Sequence record: ON529852.1
DNA length: 64,000 nt
Reading direction: 5' to 3' (one strand)
The notes below the pieces were generated by a model. The model made no database searches. It was given only the letters and a program-made list of their open reading frames with translations, and was not told the origin of the DNA. Shown one piece after another: positions 43,998 to 52,396 of this stretch. A program made the translations under genes and the position numbers. Each line of letters starts with the position of its first letter. Positions within the stretch are counted from its first letter, which is position 1.

Positions 43998-44855
43998 TCA
44001 GGCGACGCGCAGGCGTTCCACGAAGGGCGCTTCCAGCGCCATCAGTTCATCACGCCGCGCGCGCAGACGTTTGAACTTGTCGCGATAGCCGTCCTGCTTG
44101 TCGTATTCCTTGGCGAGACAGGCGTGGTAGAGGCGATCGGCGAAGTCGAACGACAGCTTGTCCAGGACCGTTTGCAGGCTCTCCTCGGGGATGTCGAGCA
44201 GGAAGCGCACGGCGCGGACCACCAGGCGGTGGTTCGGCTCCTGGATCAGGTCCAGGTATTCGGCCGGGGTGGAAATGCCCGACAGGTTCAGCGCGGCCTC
44301 GATGTCGGCGCGCTCGCCGTTATACTTGGCGTAGTAGCAGAAGATGTGCGGATTGATCAGGCCCTGATCCTTCAGGAAGGCGTCGATCTTGCGCTCATGG
44401 GTGCCGGTGATGGTCACATCGTCGACGAACAGCAGGACCTTGTCCTGGATGAAGTCGCGATTGATGAACAGCTTGTCGGCTTCCAAAAGGGCCTGGCGCT
44501 GCTCCTTGGGCAAGAAGGAGTAGTCGGCGATGTAGGACATGGTCCGATGCATCGTCGTGAATTCGACCATGCGGTGTCCCTCGCGGGTCAGCAGGTCGTT
44601 CAGCCGGTTCATGAAGTGCTCGGCCAGGATCGAGGCGGCGATCGGCACGACGTTGAAGGCCGAGGGCACGACCACGCAGCGGTCGGTGATCAGCATCCGA
44701 CGGTGCTTGGCGTAGAAGGCGTCGGCCATGGCGTGACCGAACTGCCGCGCCACGAGGTCCGAGCCGAACTTCAGGCGCGAATAGTCCAGCGGGTTGAAGG
44801 AAGCGGTGTCGAGGCACGAAAACTCGTGGACGACGAACTGGCCTTTGGCGCTCAA
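43998..44855 (-). CDS. type I phosphoribosyltransferase-like protein (Ter-cluster-associated type)
   Basis: VLLFVDDVTITGTHE PRPP-binding loop; YSRLKFGS, VVVPSAFNVVPIAAS. Confidence 0.75.
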   Translation of the reverse strand: MSAKGQFVVHEFSCLDTASFNPLDYSRLKFGSDLVARQFGHAMADAFYAKHRRMLITDRCVVVPSAFNVVPIAASILAEHFMNRLNDLLTREGHRMVEFTTMHRTMSYIADYSFLPKEQRQALLEADKLFINRDFIQDKVLLFVDDVTITGTHERKIDAFLKDQGLINPHIFCYYAKYNGERADIEAALNLSGISTPAEYLDLIQEPNHRLVVRAVRFLLDIPEESLQTVLDKLSFDFADRLYHACLAKEYDKQDGYRDKFKRLRARRDELMALEAPFVERLRVA

Positions 44856-45511
44856 GCGATCAATCCTTTCAGCAGGGGCGCGAGGCCCTCGGGGTTGGGG
44901 GTGTAGGCGAAGCGGATGCCGTGGGCTTCACAACCGCCGTCGCAGATTTCGTTGTCGCCGACGTGAACGATTTCCGTCGGATAGATGTCGATCGCCGAGG
45001 CCTTCGCCTTGACGATGCGCCAGAACTCAGGGTGCGGCTTGGACACCGCGTGGATGTCCGAGAAGACCTTGAAGGCGAAGGGCACGTCCAGCCGGGCCAG
45101 GGCGGCCTCATGCAGCACGCGGCCCCGAATGAAGTTGGTGTTGGAGCCGATCGACACCTGCACGCCGGCCGCATGGACCGCTTGCAGGGCCTCGATCACG
45201 TCGGGACGGATGAGGGGCGGATGGGCGCGGAAGGCCTCCTCCAGACGGCGCTGCAAGGCCCAGGGGATGATGTCCCCGGTCGGGTCGATCGCCAGAGCGA
45301 ACTTCTTGTAGGTCGCCTCGCTGGTCAGGCCCTCGCCGCGTTCCTCGGCGGCGCGATCGGCGCCGTCCTTGTGCTCGCGGTAGACCGCCTTGATCTGGTC
45401 CAGATCAAACGGGAGGTCGCGGAACACCGCATCGCGGGCGGTCGAATAGGCGGGGTTGGCGCTGATGATCGTGTTCCACACGTCCAGCGAGATCAGCCGG
45501 GGGCGGCTCAT
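44852..45511 (-). CDS. HAD-superfamily hydrolase
   Basis: ISLDVWNTII, IGSNT, SKPHPEFW, IVHVGDNEICDGG. Confidence 0.85.
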   Translation of the reverse strand: MSRPRLISLDVWNTIISANPAYSTARDAVFRDLPFDLDQIKAVYREHKDGADRAAEERGEGLTSEATYKKFALAIDPTGDIIPWALQRRLEEAFRAHPPLIRPDVIEALQAVHAAGVQVSIGSNTNFIRGRVLHEAALARLDVPFAFKVFSDIHAVSKPHPEFWRIVKAKASAIDIYPTEIVHVGDNEICDGGCEAHGIRFAYTPNPEGLAPLLKGLIA

Positions 45512-45720
45512 CGCGACGGCTCCAAGACGGCCGACAGTGCGCGACGGAGGTCCATCTTGGCGCGCTCACGGGCCATGTGGTCGGTCAGGTCGACCGGCTT
45601 GCCCATTTGACACAGGCTGACCCCGCGCAACTGGGCGATCGCGAGCACAAGCGCCTGAACGTCGTCGTCGCGAATGTCGTGCTCCAGCAGCACCGTCAGA
45701 TGTTGGATTCGATCGGTCAT
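45508..45720 (-). CDS. hypothetical protein
   Basis: ORF in coupled chain. Confidence 0.65.
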   Translation of the reverse strand: MTDRIQHLTVLLEHDIRDDDVQALVLAIAQLRGVSLCQMGKPVDLTDHMARERAKMDLRRALSAVLEPSR

Positions 45721-46004
45721 CGGGGCAGGGTCCTTTCGTAGGCTTGGCCGACAGCGCGCACGGCGCCGGCGTCTTCCAGGGCGGCGACACGCTCATTCAG
45801 GTGGGCGATCATCTCGTAGACGTCGGCCAGAGTGTGGGCGTGCATCGTGGTGGGCTCGTTCGGGCGCCGGCGAAGTTCGGCCGCGACGCGCCGGGCTTCC
45901 TGCGCCATCAGCCACGGATGAGCGTTCGGCGTCGGGCAGGGACGCGGCGGCAGGTTGTGGCGTTCGCGCCAGCGCTTCATCCAGCGATTCAGCCGGGCCT
46001 TCAA
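45717..46004 (-). CDS. hypothetical protein
   Basis: TTG start overlapping stop at 46001. Confidence 0.6.
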   Translation of the reverse strand: MKARLNRWMKRWRERHNLPPRPCPTPNAHPWLMAQEARRVAAELRRRPNEPTTMHAHTLADVYEMIAHLNERVAALEDAGAVRAVGQAYERTLPR

Positions 46005-46324
46005 GAGGGATTCTCCGCCGCATAGCGCAGAGACTCCAACGCGGCCTTGCGGGTCTCGTGCGGGTGACCGCGCCGAAACTGCCCGGCGGCGACGGCATAC
46101 CACCGGGGCGACTCCCAGCGTCGGGTGACGATGCGTGCGCCCTTCGGCTTGATGTCGAAGGTGGTCATGTCCTGGAAGACGCGACCGATCGCCGTCCCGT
46201 CCGGCAGGGCGACCGCGTAAGATTTCAGCAGACGCGGCTCGCGGTTCCACTTGCCCCACACGGCGGCGCGTTCCCGATCCGGCTGGCGGGACAGGGTCAG
46301 GGTCGTGAGATCAATCAACGTCAT
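46001..46324 (-). CDS. hypothetical protein
   Basis: Start MTLIDL with AAGGAG RBS. Confidence 0.65.
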   Translation of the reverse strand: MTLIDLTTLTLSRQPDRERAAVWGKWNREPRLLKSYAVALPDGTAIGRVFQDMTTFDIKPKGARIVTRRWESPRWYAVAAGQFRRGHPHETRKAALESLRYAAENPS

Positions 46325-46613
46325 CTCCTTCGGTGCGGGGTGCCATCGCGCGCCGGCATAGCGCCGCGACCGCGCGGCCGTCATAGGTGGAACGGAAGCC
46401 GTAAACGCCGCGCTCGACGTCGCCGTGGACCAGGCCGTGTTCGAGCAGTTCTTCGAAAATGCGCGCCTGGCGCTTGTTCTGCGGCGCCAGGAGGATCGGC
46501 TTGTTCATCAGGATGGCGCTGAAGTAATCCTGGGCGCAGATGTGGGCGGCTTCGTCGGACAGGGCGTTGGCGGTATCGACCAGTCGGTGCAGGCGAACGT
46601 CTTCAGGCGCCAT
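46311..46613 (-). CDS. hypothetical protein
   Basis: ORF in coupled chain. Confidence 0.65.
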   Translation of the reverse strand: MAPEDVRLHRLVDTANALSDEAAHICAQDYFSAILMNKPILLAPQNKRQARIFEELLEHGLVHGDVERGVYGFRSTYDGRAVAALCRRAMAPRTEGDDVD

Positions 46614-47064
46614 CAGCCAACCCGTCGAAGGTGCAGTCGCTGCATTCGTTTTCCGGCAGGGTCGCGCCGCAGCGATCGCACTGATCCTGAGGCTCCGGCG
46701 CCTGGGCGGCCTTGATCTCCAGGGCGCGCTTGCGGCTCTTCTTCAGCAGGGTCTGCACCGCCGCCATGAACTCGGCCTCGGTCGTCGGCATGGGCACCGA
46801 GGCGCCCAGGCTGTTCGCCCAGCGGTCGAAATAGCCGTCGCAGATGTCCATGCGGTTGATGTGCGGCAGCACGCGGAAGAAGCGGCGGTCGTCGGCGCAG
46901 TCCTGGATATAGGCGGTGCGGCGCGACGAGGCGTAGAAGTAGCGCATCCGGCGCCAGTCCTTGGCGTAACGGCGCGAGCACAGGTAGATGCCGGCCTTCT
47001 GCGCCCAGTGCCGCGTGGACTTGGGGATCGGGCGGGTCGGGTCTTCTTCAGCAATCAGGGTCAT
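46603..47064 (-). CDS. hypothetical phage protein with C-terminal zinc finger
   Basis: CDRCG...CSDC. Confidence 0.7.
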   Translation of the reverse strand: MTLIAEEDPTRPIPKSTRHWAQKAGIYLCSRRYAKDWRRMRYFYASSRRTAYIQDCADDRRFFRVLPHINRMDICDGYFDRWANSLGASVPMPTTEAEFMAAVQTLLKKSRKRALEIKAAQAPEPQDQCDRCGATLPENECSDCTFDGLADGA

Positions 47065-47576
47065 CGGCCCAGCTTCTCCGTCAATCGTTTCAGTTCCGCC
47101 TCGTCGATCGCCCGCTGGCGCACCTTGGCGGCTTCCGCGTCGGCGATCGCCTTGGCGGCGGCCCTCTCGGCGGCCTCGGCGCGCCGCGCCATCAGGGTCT
47201 GCATGCGGTCGGTATAGGCCAGGACGGCCGGCGAGAATTCACGGATCGTGACGACTTCGCAGATGTCGCCGAAGTCGACCGAGACATATTCGCCGTTTTT
47301 GTTCTTGGCGTGCGACGTATCGTGGTGGTCGTAATAGCCCGCCATGTATTCGTAGAGGGCTTCCAGCGACGGGGCCGTCAGGGTCTCGATGTCGTCTTCG
47401 TCGCACCGCGTTTCCAGATAATTGTCCCGGTCGCGGTAGTAGGTGGTGTTCGAGGCCAGGACCTGGAAGCGGCGCCCGTCGACCGCGTCAATCGTCTCGA
47501 CCGCGCCCGTCGCATCGAAATCTGCGATCGCCTGGGTCAGGGTAATGCCCGGAACGGGCGGCTCGATGGTGGTCAT
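47061..47576 (-). CDS. hypothetical protein
   Basis: ORF in coupled chain. Confidence 0.7.
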   Translation of the reverse strand: MTTIEPPVPGITLTQAIADFDATGAVETIDAVDGRRFQVLASNTTYYRDRDNYLETRCDEDDIETLTAPSLEALYEYMAGYYDHHDTSHAKNKNGEYVSVDFGDICEVVTIREFSPAVLAYTDRMQTLMARRAEAAERAAAKAIADAEAAKVRQRAIDEAELKRLTEKLGR

Positions 47577-47854
47577 TTGACCCTCCCCTCGTCGATGTCG
47601 GCCTGGGAGACCCAGAACTGCGGGTATGCGAACATGGCGCTGACGTCGCGGCCGTACAGGGCGCCAGGCGGCGGACCGAGATCGCGCAGGACCCGCTCGC
47701 CGTCGAAATCGACCACGTCATAGAGTTTGGCGAACGGCAGCGGGCCGTCACGTTCCGTCTGGAGCCCGAAGGACGCCGGCGGCGTGATGATCTTGCCCAG
47801 TTCGCAGACAAGGTTGTCGCCAAAGGCGACGCGCAGGATGCGGCCCTGGATCAT
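47573..47854 (-). CDS. hypothetical protein
   Basis: ORF in coupled chain. Confidence 0.65.
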   Translation of the reverse strand: MIQGRILRVAFGDNLVCELGKIITPPASFGLQTERDGPLPFAKLYDVVDFDGERVLRDLGPPPGALYGRDVSAMFAYPQFWVSQADIDEGRVK

Positions 47855-48033
47855 GCGGCGCTCTCCTCGACGAGTTCGACGGACTGGACGTAGTTGTGCC
47901 CCTCGATCTCCTTGATGATGTCTTCGGGCCGCGACCAGTAGGCGTCAGGATCGGGGTTCAGCAGCACGCGCACCTTCAGTTCGATGATGGTGTCCGTGGG
48001 CTGGGGTTTGTAGCGGAACCGATTGCCCATCAC
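47851..48033 (-). CDS. hypothetical protein
   Basis: ORF in coupled chain. Confidence 0.6.
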   Translation of the reverse strand: MMGNRFRYKPQPTDTIIELKVRVLLNPDPDAYWSRPEDIIKEIEGHNYVQSVELVEESAA

Positions 48034-48710
48034 GCGGCTCCGGCGACGACGACACGGTCGAAGCGGGTCACCTCGACCAGGCGCCAGGACGGATCAAGGG
48101 CTTGCAGTTCGGCGTGCTCCTGACGGGCGACGTCGAGGTCGGTGTAGTCTGACCGATCGCCGGACGCGTGAACGACCTCCCAGTAGACCTCCTTCTCGGC
48201 GTCCTTGGGGTCATGGGCGGTGCCGCCGTAAGCCAGGCGGTCGTAGACCTCCTTGATCTGGTCCATGTCCTCCAGCTTGGTCTCCATGTAGGCCATGGGG
48301 ATCATGGCGAACTGGCGCTGGTCGATCGGCGTCAGGTCGCTCCACAGATAGCCCATGACCGGGAAGGCGTCGGCGACATAGTCCATGATGGCGGTGATGC
48401 GCTGCTGCCCATCGAGCAACAGGCCGTCATAGGGGCTGTCGAGGCCGCCCACGCGGTTGACGATGTAGGCGCCCAGCGGCAGGCGCTGCCAGATCGATTC
48501 GATGAACCGCACCTTCTGCTCGGTCGTCCAGACCGGCGGACGTTGGAAGTCAGGCAGGATGAAGTTTCCCAGCTTGCGCTCGCCGGCGCGCAGCGGGCGA
48601 TCCCACATGGCGTCGGGACGGTAGATGCTCAAAATGGTGCCCGAGGTGTTGCTGGCGCGGAACCACGGGATCGGCATCTTGCAGCCTTCAGGGATGGCGG
48701 TCTTGGGCAT
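48030..48710 (-). CDS. stand-alone DUF262 (ParB/Srx-fold, GmrS-like) protein
   Basis: LPDFQRPPVWT...FIESI...PLG...LLDGQQRITAI; start moved to MPKTAI. Confidence 0.85.
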   Translation of the reverse strand: MPKTAIPEGCKMPIPWFRASNTSGTILSIYRPDAMWDRPLRAGERKLGNFILPDFQRPPVWTTEQKVRFIESIWQRLPLGAYIVNRVGGLDSPYDGLLLDGQQRITAIMDYVADAFPVMGYLWSDLTPIDQRQFAMIPMAYMETKLEDMDQIKEVYDRLAYGGTAHDPKDAEKEVYWEVVHASGDRSDYTDLDVARQEHAELQALDPSWRLVEVTRFDRVVVAGAA

Positions 48711-48741
48711 GGTGTCCTCCAGGTCGTCGTTGATCAGGTGT

Positions 48742-48767
48742 GTAAAGGAATGATCTGCGGAGATCAA
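48742..48767 (-). promoter_or_regulatory. conserved phage promoter repeat (class I, -35 TTGATC)
   Basis: TTGATC-TCCGCAGATC-ATTCCTTTAC. Confidence 0.75.
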
Positions 48768-48769
48768 GC

Positions 48770-49333
48770 CTAGTTCAGCACCTTCTCCACAAAAACCGCG
48801 AAGGCTTCATGTGCGGACGCGAAATCGCGCGAGGTGAGGCCGTCGGAAAGGGCCAGACCCAGGCGGTCCCCTTCCCACAGGATGCGCCAGGTGCCGGGCG
48901 TGGCGGTGCGCACGCCCTGGTCGTCTTCCGTGAACGCGGCGCGCAACCGGGCGACCCGGCCTGACTTGACCCGGTCGTAGACGCCGGCTTTGTAGTCGAT
49001 GTCGTAGGCGTCGGCGTCGCGCTTGCAAATCGAGAAGGAGTCCAGGCGGGTCATGGGGGCCGCCGCCGGGCGGCTGATCTCGCCATAGGGATTGTCGGTC
49101 TCGATGACGCGCACGCCGAAGGATTCCCAGCGCAGGGTGTGCGGTGCGTGGCGATCCGACGACTTCAGGGTGATGTGCACGGTCTTGTTCAGTTGCGAAC
49201 GGTCCGAGCCGTTGACGGACATCAGGTCGATGAGGGCCTGGTCGTCGCCGGTGGCCGCCGTGGCGCTATCGTAGCGCAGCATGTCCAGCGGGAACTCGGC
49301 GCTGTAGCGCAGTTCAACCGTAAAGGTGTGCAT
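48770..49333 (-). CDS. hypothetical phage protein
   Basis: FPLDMLRYD motif; GGAGGACCCC RBS. Confidence 0.75.
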   Translation of the reverse strand: MHTFTVELRYSAEFPLDMLRYDSATAATGDDQALIDLMSVNGSDRSQLNKTVHITLKSSDRHAPHTLRWESFGVRVIETDNPYGEISRPAAAPMTRLDSFSICKRDADAYDIDYKAGVYDRVKSGRVARLRAAFTEDDQGVRTATPGTWRILWEGDRLGLALSDGLTSRDFASAHEAFAVFVEKVLN

Positions 49334-49364
49334 GGGGTCCTCCTCTTGCGTCGTCCAGGCGGCT

Positions 49365-49390
49365 GTAAAGGAACCTTACGCGTCTGTCAA
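49365..49390 (-). promoter_or_regulatory. conserved phage promoter repeat (class I)
   Basis: TTGACA-GACGCGTAAG-GTTCCTTTAC. Confidence 0.8.
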
Positions 49391-49402
49391 CGGTCGGCGT
49401 CA

Positions 49403-49735
49403 TTATTTCCGACGGCGGAACTCGCGCACCTGAACGGCCTTGGCCTCGAAATAGACGTCTGGGCCTCCGGATTTCAGCGGCTTTTCAACAAAGGTGCGGG
49501 TCTTGGTGTCCTGCATCAGGCGCAGGTGCCCGCTGTGGGTCAAGACGTCCAGGTGGTGCTCGGCGGCGCGGTCGCCTTCAAAGCGGTAGCGATCGTCGTA
49601 GTAGGTCTCGGCGCCGCCGCGCCGGGGCCGCGCCACAGGCTTGATATGGTAGGTCGCAGTGACGGTGAAGGTGTCGCCGACGTTGGGTGCGACCTTCTTG
49701 AGATAGGCGCGATTGGCGCGGGTCAGGAGGGTCAT
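49403..49735 (-). CDS. hypothetical protein
   Basis: ORF in coupled chain. Confidence 0.7.
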   Translation of the reverse strand: MTLLTRANRAYLKKVAPNVGDTFTVTATYHIKPVARPRRGGAETYYDDRYRFEGDRAAEHHLDVLTHSGHLRLMQDTKTRTFVEKPLKSGGPDVYFEAKAVQVREFRRRK

Positions 49736-49989
49736 GCCGGCTGGAATCCTCGACTATCAAAGGGCGCGAATTTCGATGTGAACCCGCTGTCGCCCAGGCA
49801 GCCAGCCGCGATCTTGGCGTGGATCGACACCTCTTCACGATCCAGTTCGCGGGTCCAAACCAGAAGACCTAAGAAACGGGTTTCCAGACGGAGGATATTG
49901 AAGTGGGTTGGGTATCGCCCGATGTAGCCACGCTCCTCGCGATACACGGTGCGAGCGACCACACGTCGACGCTTCTGAATGATTTTCAC
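49732..49989 (-). CDS. hypothetical protein
   Basis: GTG start overlapping stop at 49986. Confidence 0.65.
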   Translation of the reverse strand: MKIIQKRRRVVARTVYREERGYIGRYPTHFNILRLETRFLGLLVWTRELDREEVSIHAKIAAGCLGDSGFTSKFAPFDSRGFQPA

Positions 49990-50291
49990 GATGGAGCCTC
50001 CTCTAGGGCCTTGACCTTGGTGACGACGCCCGGCGCCAGGACCATCAGGGCCTTGGCGCCGCACGGCAGGATGCCGGCGGGGTCGTAGACGAACCGGCCG
50101 ATATAGTCCCCGGCCCCGGACCACAGTTCGATCTCGTGCCCGTATTCGGCGTCGATCGACGAACGGCCGCGCGACAGCTTCAGCGGCGGATCGTTCTTGG
50201 CGTGCTTGCGGTTCGAATCGATCGTCCCCCGGTTGACGTGGATCGTTCGGTCCTGGGGCGTGATCGGCGCGATGGCGCTCATCTTGGACAA
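49986..50291 (-). CDS. hypothetical protein
   Basis: IHVNR...N...PPL; ORF in chain. Confidence 0.65.
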   Translation of the reverse strand: MSKMSAIAPITPQDRTIHVNRGTIDSNRKHAKNDPPLKLSRGRSSIDAEYGHEIELWSGAGDYIGRFVYDPAGILPCGAKALMVLAPGVVTKVKALEEAPS

Positions 50292-50301
50292 GCGGATACT
50301 C

Positions 50302-51117
50302 CTAAGCCTTGATTTTCGTACCGTCGTTCAGGGTGAAGGTGCGTTCGACCTTCGTGCCCAGTTGAACGTCGTCGCGGGGACGGTAGGGATGTTTGTAGGC
50401 GCTGCCGCCAGGATCGAGCAGGGGCCGCTCGCGCACGGCGCGCCGGCCGTAGACGGCGGCGCAGGTGTCGCCGCAGAAGTCCGCGTCGAGGTAGGATTCT
50501 CCGTCCCAGGTCTCGAACCACCGCACATAGCCGGCTCGCTTCCGATCGGTGTCGCCATAGTCGTGGATCGCCACAACCCGTCGATTGGTGAGACGCTGGC
50601 AGTCCTCCAGCGATCGCGGATGGTTCGGCTCGATTGTGTGCTCGTAGCGGTAGTGATCGGTGCTCAGCCTCAGCGGCTTCGAGCATTGTCGGCAGGTCTT
50701 CACCTCGCCCGTCAGATCGGCCTGCCAGTTGATGGTGACCTTGGCGTAGGCCGCCTTATGCATGGCGCGCGCCTTCATGCGCGTCGGCGGCAGGGGCTTG
50801 CCCCCGCCATCCAGCAACACCGTCAGGTTCTTGCGCCAGGCGTGGACCAAGGCGGCGCCGACGCCTTCGCCGTAGAGGGCGTCCACCGTCTCGACGGCGG
50901 CTTCGAACTTGGCGATGGTCGGCCGATCGCTGAACAGCTTCTTCAAGCCGTGCCACGAGGCGTGCTCGTCCCGGTTCCAGTAGTTGCAGCCCAGGCCGTT
51001 GAAGACCACCGCCGTGGGCGAGCGCATCATGATACGCACGTCCGAACCAGGGAAGATCGACCCCGCGATTTGCGGGTGCGCCTTCTCACTCGGGACGAAG
51101 ACGATGTCGGGCGTCAT
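50302..51117 (-). CDS. hypothetical protein with zinc-binding motifs
   Basis: Start MTPDIV; CRQCSKP and FCGDTCA. Confidence 0.7.
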   Translation of the reverse strand: MTPDIVFVPSEKAHPQIAGSIFPGSDVRIMMRSPTAVVFNGLGCNYWNRDEHASWHGLKKLFSDRPTIAKFEAAVETVDALYGEGVGAALVHAWRKNLTVLLDGGGKPLPPTRMKARAMHKAAYAKVTINWQADLTGEVKTCRQCSKPLRLSTDHYRYEHTIEPNHPRSLEDCQRLTNRRVVAIHDYGDTDRKRAGYVRWFETWDGESYLDADFCGDTCAAVYGRRAVRERPLLDPGGSAYKHPYRPRDDVQLGTKVERTFTLNDGTKIKA

Positions 51118-51380
51118 GCGCAACGCACCATGCCATGCGGGGTCTGACCCCATTCCAGCCAGGCGATGACCACCGCCTCCTTCATCAGGGCGGGATCGCT
51201 GACCTCGACCGAACGCACGCCGGCTTCGGTCATGAACAGCTTGGCGGTCGCCGACCAGGGGACCTGCGTCTGGGTGACGGGATTGAAGGCCCGTCCCTTG
51301 AAGGTCTGGATGCCGACCAGCTTGCGGGTCTTGGCGTCGCGACGCCGGGCGAGGAAGGCGCGCAGCATCAGGCGGGCCAC
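51114..51380 (-). CDS. hypothetical protein
   Basis: ORF in coupled chain. Confidence 0.6.
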   Translation of the reverse strand: MARLMLRAFLARRRDAKTRKLVGIQTFKGRAFNPVTQTQVPWSATAKLFMTEAGVRSVEVSDPALMKEAVVIAWLEWGQTPHGMVRCA

Positions 51381-51724
51381 AGCGAGACGGAGCCCGGATC
51401 GCGCCAGGACACTTCATAGCCGTGTTGTTGCGCCCAGGCCTCGATCAGCGGATGGACCCAGGGATCGAACGGAGCGAACTCACCCTCGAACTGGCCCAGA
51501 TAGTGGGCGAAACCGCGCCCGTCTTCGGCCGAGACGATGATCTCGCGGGCGTCGTCCTGAGAGGCGAAGGCCGACGGGTGCAGGTCGCGGGTCTCCCATT
51601 CGGCCAGGCCGTCTTCCCCGATCACCTCATTGCCGTCGGTGTCGCGCTTCACCTTGTAGAACGGGTCCACCACCGTCAGCTTTTTGAGCGATTCAACGGC
51701 GTCGTCGCGGGTCTTGAACGGCAT
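51368..51724 (-). CDS. hypothetical acidic protein
   Basis: First gene after promoter repeat 51757. Confidence 0.7.
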   Translation of the reverse strand: MPFKTRDDAVESLKKLTVVDPFYKVKRDTDGNEVIGEDGLAEWETRDLHPSAFASQDDAREIIVSAEDGRGFAHYLGQFEGEFAPFDPWVHPLIEAWAQQHGYEVSWRDPGSVSLWPA

Positions 51725-51756
51725 GGGCTATCTCCTGTTCGTCGTCGACCTGGTGT

Positions 51757-51782
51757 GTAAAGGAATGTTCTGCGAATGTCAA
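51757..51782 (-). promoter_or_regulatory. conserved phage promoter repeat (class I)
   Basis: TTGACA-TTCGCAGAAC-ATTCCTTTAC. Confidence 0.8.
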
Positions 51783-51790
51783 CGGGGTGT

Positions 51791-51844
51791 TCACTCGTGC
51801 GCTCCGCGCCCTCGTGACTGGCTGCGCCAGCCCCACCTCCGGTC
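51791..51844. repeat. 54-bp structured repeat, copy B
   Basis: Near-identical to 3439-3492; wholly intergenic here. Confidence 0.85.
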
Positions 51845-51847
51845 AGG

Positions 51848-52396
51848 CTAGGCGGCGTATCGGTCGAGCATCCAGTGCAGGTCCAGCGGCTCGAAGGCGT
51901 CGAACTCCTCGATCAGGTCGGCTGTCACGGGAAAGGCGATCACTTCAGCCGAGGCGGACGGGACGACGCTGCGGCGACTATCCGCCACGGCGCCCTTGCC
52001 GCGTCCGATGCTCTGGCGAGGCTTCACGCCGCGTTTCGGCTTGTAGGTCGCCTTGCGGCGCAGGGCGTTGCTCTGCTTGGACGTCTCGGCGTCGTCGGCC
52101 CGCTTCAGCCCCAGGCGGTCGAGCCGGCCCAGGACGGCGCTGCGGCTGCGATTGCCCATGAGCAGGCTGATCTCCTGGGCGGTCTTGCCCTCCCGCCAGA
52201 GCCGGACCAGATCGTCAACCTCGGCCTGGGGCCAGGCGTGGGTCGGCTTTTTCGGCTGCGCGGCCCTGCGGGCCTGGACCTTTGCGATCCGGCGCAGTTC
52301 CGCCCGCTCCTGCGGATCAGCGGGAACCTCCATGTCGTCCCAGTCACCGGCGCCGCGCCAGTCTCGGCTCGGATCGCCTTCCAGAAGCGTCGTCAC
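51848..52396 (-). CDS. gcrA: GcrA-like cell-cycle regulator, N-terminal domain only
   Basis: WPQAEVDDLVRLWREGKTAQEISLLMGNRSRSAVLGRLDRLGL matches the GcrA N-terminal domain; GTG start overlaps serS stop; no C-terminal CxWP-type domain. Confidence 0.8.
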   Translation of the reverse strand: MTTLLEGDPSRDWRGAGDWDDMEVPADPQERAELRRIAKVQARRAAQPKKPTHAWPQAEVDDLVRLWREGKTAQEISLLMGNRSRSAVLGRLDRLGLKRADDAETSKQSNALRRKATYKPKRGVKPRQSIGRGKGAVADSRRSVVPSASAEVIAFPVTADLIEEFDAFEPLDLHWMLDRYAA

